DNA of 64,000 bases, from assembly GCF_009914755.1 (NCBI RefSeq), contig NC_060937.1. The stretch is one strand, 5' to 3'. The notes below the pieces were generated by a model. It had not been told where the DNA came from and did not search any database. It saw only the letters and a program-made list of their open reading frames with translations. Made by a program: the position numbers and the translations under genes. Source of the DNA: the human T2T-CHM13v2.0 reference genome, Homo sapiens. Position 1 is the first letter of the stretch; every line of letters starts with the position of its first letter. This document shows positions 61,991-64,000 of this stretch, piece by piece.

Positions 61991-63012
61991 TGGCTTAAAA
62001 CTGACTTCTCCAAGCCTCCCTCACAGTCCCTTCATCCTGTAGTATTTGCCCCCAAAGACACTGGATCCTCCTACCTTCTTCACACTCTTGCCCCAGTGAA
62101 CTCCTAGAGCAGGGTGGGAGGCAGAGTTCCATGGCAGCCACCACATGTCAGCCTCTGAATGCCCTCCCTTCCACATTCCCAGAGATCCCTGTCTCCATGC
62201 CCCACCCTTCATAAAACCTAACAGAGCATCCTGTGCAGAGTAAGACTGAAAAGTGTCTGTTGAGTTAATGAAAAAGTGAATTAACTAGTTGATGTTACTT
62301 TTCTAGGTTTACTCTGGGTGAAAATGAGCCAGGAGAACACACTCTACAAGTAAATTAAAATCAGCAGGTTTTTTTTTATGCTCTAGAGAATGAGCGAGGT
62401 GATCTGAGAGGAAGCCCTCAGGCGAGCCCCTGAGCTCCTTGGGCCTCGGTAATGAGATGAGGTCTAGAGAAGTTCAGTGGCCCAGACACTGAGAAAGGAG
62501 GCTTCTTGGGATTCTGGGGCTTTCTGCTCCGCTAGCTCAGAAATCCTTGAACAGCAGGATCAGTGGTGATTAGAAAAGCTGTCGAAGGAGAAAAAATTCT
62601 CAGTTTCACCGGGTCTGGCTGCTCTCATCCTCACTGTTATCTCCAGAGCTTGTGGGTTAGAAGAGATTCCTTTAGCAAATGGTGAAGAAGGGTTGTAACT
62701 GTGCGTTTGACTGGAGAATTCTATAGGCTTACCCCGAGGAGTGGATTTGTGCTCTGGCTATAGAGATAGCAATGCCAGGGCTGAATGCAGGTATCATCTC
62801 TAGAAACATGGGCTTAAGTTTTGTAATAGCATACAGTGTTCTTATCATGTCTAACCTTGGAATACTGGAGCTGGAATCTTCTCTGACCTGCTATGCTCAT
62901 GTTTAAGGCATTACCTTTGGGCATCATCTTTGTTGTAGCTCCTTGCTTGCAAACTTCTATGAAGTCCTTTTTTTAGCGGCAGAATGCATCCGAGTCATGT
63001 GGCACCAAAGTA

Positions 63013-63711
63013 TGTTACCAGCAGTGAATCTCTGTGGATCTGCAGCAACCTTAATTCTTTCCTCCTCAGAAGAAAGAATTTGATCAAGAGGCATAAGGCA
63101 GAGTGCTGAGGCAAGTTTTAGAGCAGGAGTGAAAATTTATTAAAAAGCTTTAGAACAGGAATAAAAGGAAGTAAAGTACACTTGGAAGAGGGCCAAGCAG
63201 GTGACTTGAGAGATCAAGTGTGCAGTCTGACCTTTGGACTTGGGGTTTTATATGTTGGCATGCTTCCAGGGTCTTGTGTCCCTTCTTCCCTGATTATTCC
63301 CTTGGGGTGTGCTGTCTGTATGCGCAGCAGCCTGCCAGCACTTGAGAGGGGATCATGCGCAGTGTGTTTACTAAAGTTGTATGCATGCTCACTTGAGGCG
63401 TACTTGCCTTACCAACTGAATGTTCCTCGAAGGTCATATACCAGTTAAACTCCACCATTTTACCTCTTAATGCACATGTGTGAGCCTGCTCTCCCAACTC
63501 CTGAGATCCTATCAGGAAGCTGCTGATCACCTGCTTCTGGTTTTTTCTATCTCCTGGGAGACTGCCTTTCCCTGGTGCCAACTGCAACAAATTATTATTT
63601 TAGAGAGATAGTTAACAACCACCTGACATCACCTGATGGTTGCCTGACATTCCTGGTTGGCAGGGGCCCTCTCCTGATCTGCTCATGTCTGACTAGCTAC
63701 CTACTGTAACA
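63013..63711 (-). mobile_element. ERV1 solo LTR (MER50-like)
   Basis: TG...CA termini (tgttacca...ctactgtaaca). The - strand starts TGTTACAGTAGGTAGCTAGTCAGACATGAGCAG, like the recalled MER50 consensus. Confidence 0.8.
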
Positions 63712-64000
63712 GTTTCTGTGTTATCTTTAATATGTGAGCAAAATGACAATGAGCAACTCATTGTCCTTTAGAGATTAGCAATACGGAAATATTATCTATT
63801 GTTTTATCATTTGAGTCAGAAGAGGCATCTGAGGATCTGTAATATGCTACACTAAATATAACAACAGAAAAGCAGCTTTTCTTTCAAGGGTATATTTGCT
63901 TATCAACTTTCTGGAGAGGCTTTGGGTAAAACATAGCTGTTTTGGACTTTTATCTCCTTCAGCCAAGCACACTGATGCATGCTGATAGCTCACCTCCTTG

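Overview
Human-like primate genomic DNA, intergenic and repeat-rich (Alu, L1, L2, MIR, MaLR/ERVL/ERV1 LTRs, DNA transposons, microsatellites). No spliced host gene is recognisable. The centrepiece is a ~9.5-kb composite bounded by one 15-bp target-site duplication (33661-33675 / 43133-43147). It is a young, full-length L1 on the - strand (L1PA2-to-L1HS transitional diagnostics) carrying an 18-nt 3' transduction. Its ORF2 is split by a ~3.4-kb intronless diacylglycerol kinase zeta retrocopy on the + strand, matching the described pseudogene DGKZP1. The retrocopy has no poly(A) tail and only a 5-bp junction duplication. It still encodes an 894-aa ORF with an intact kinase motif but has lost its C-terminal PDZ ligand through a frameshift. 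It lies antisense within the L1 transcription unit and supplies the stop codon that truncates ORF2 to an uninterrupted EN+RT protein. Other observations: several templated micro-insertions (two at the same Alu position, one copied from 1.9 kb away), a twin-primed inverted L1, a nested L2>LTR16/ERVL provirus>MLT2 stack, and a 1.25-kb polypyrimidine tract with higher-order units. Repeat subfamily names and comparisons with parental DGKZ come from recalled consensus sequences, not from alignments. Most other ORF-track entries are spurious.
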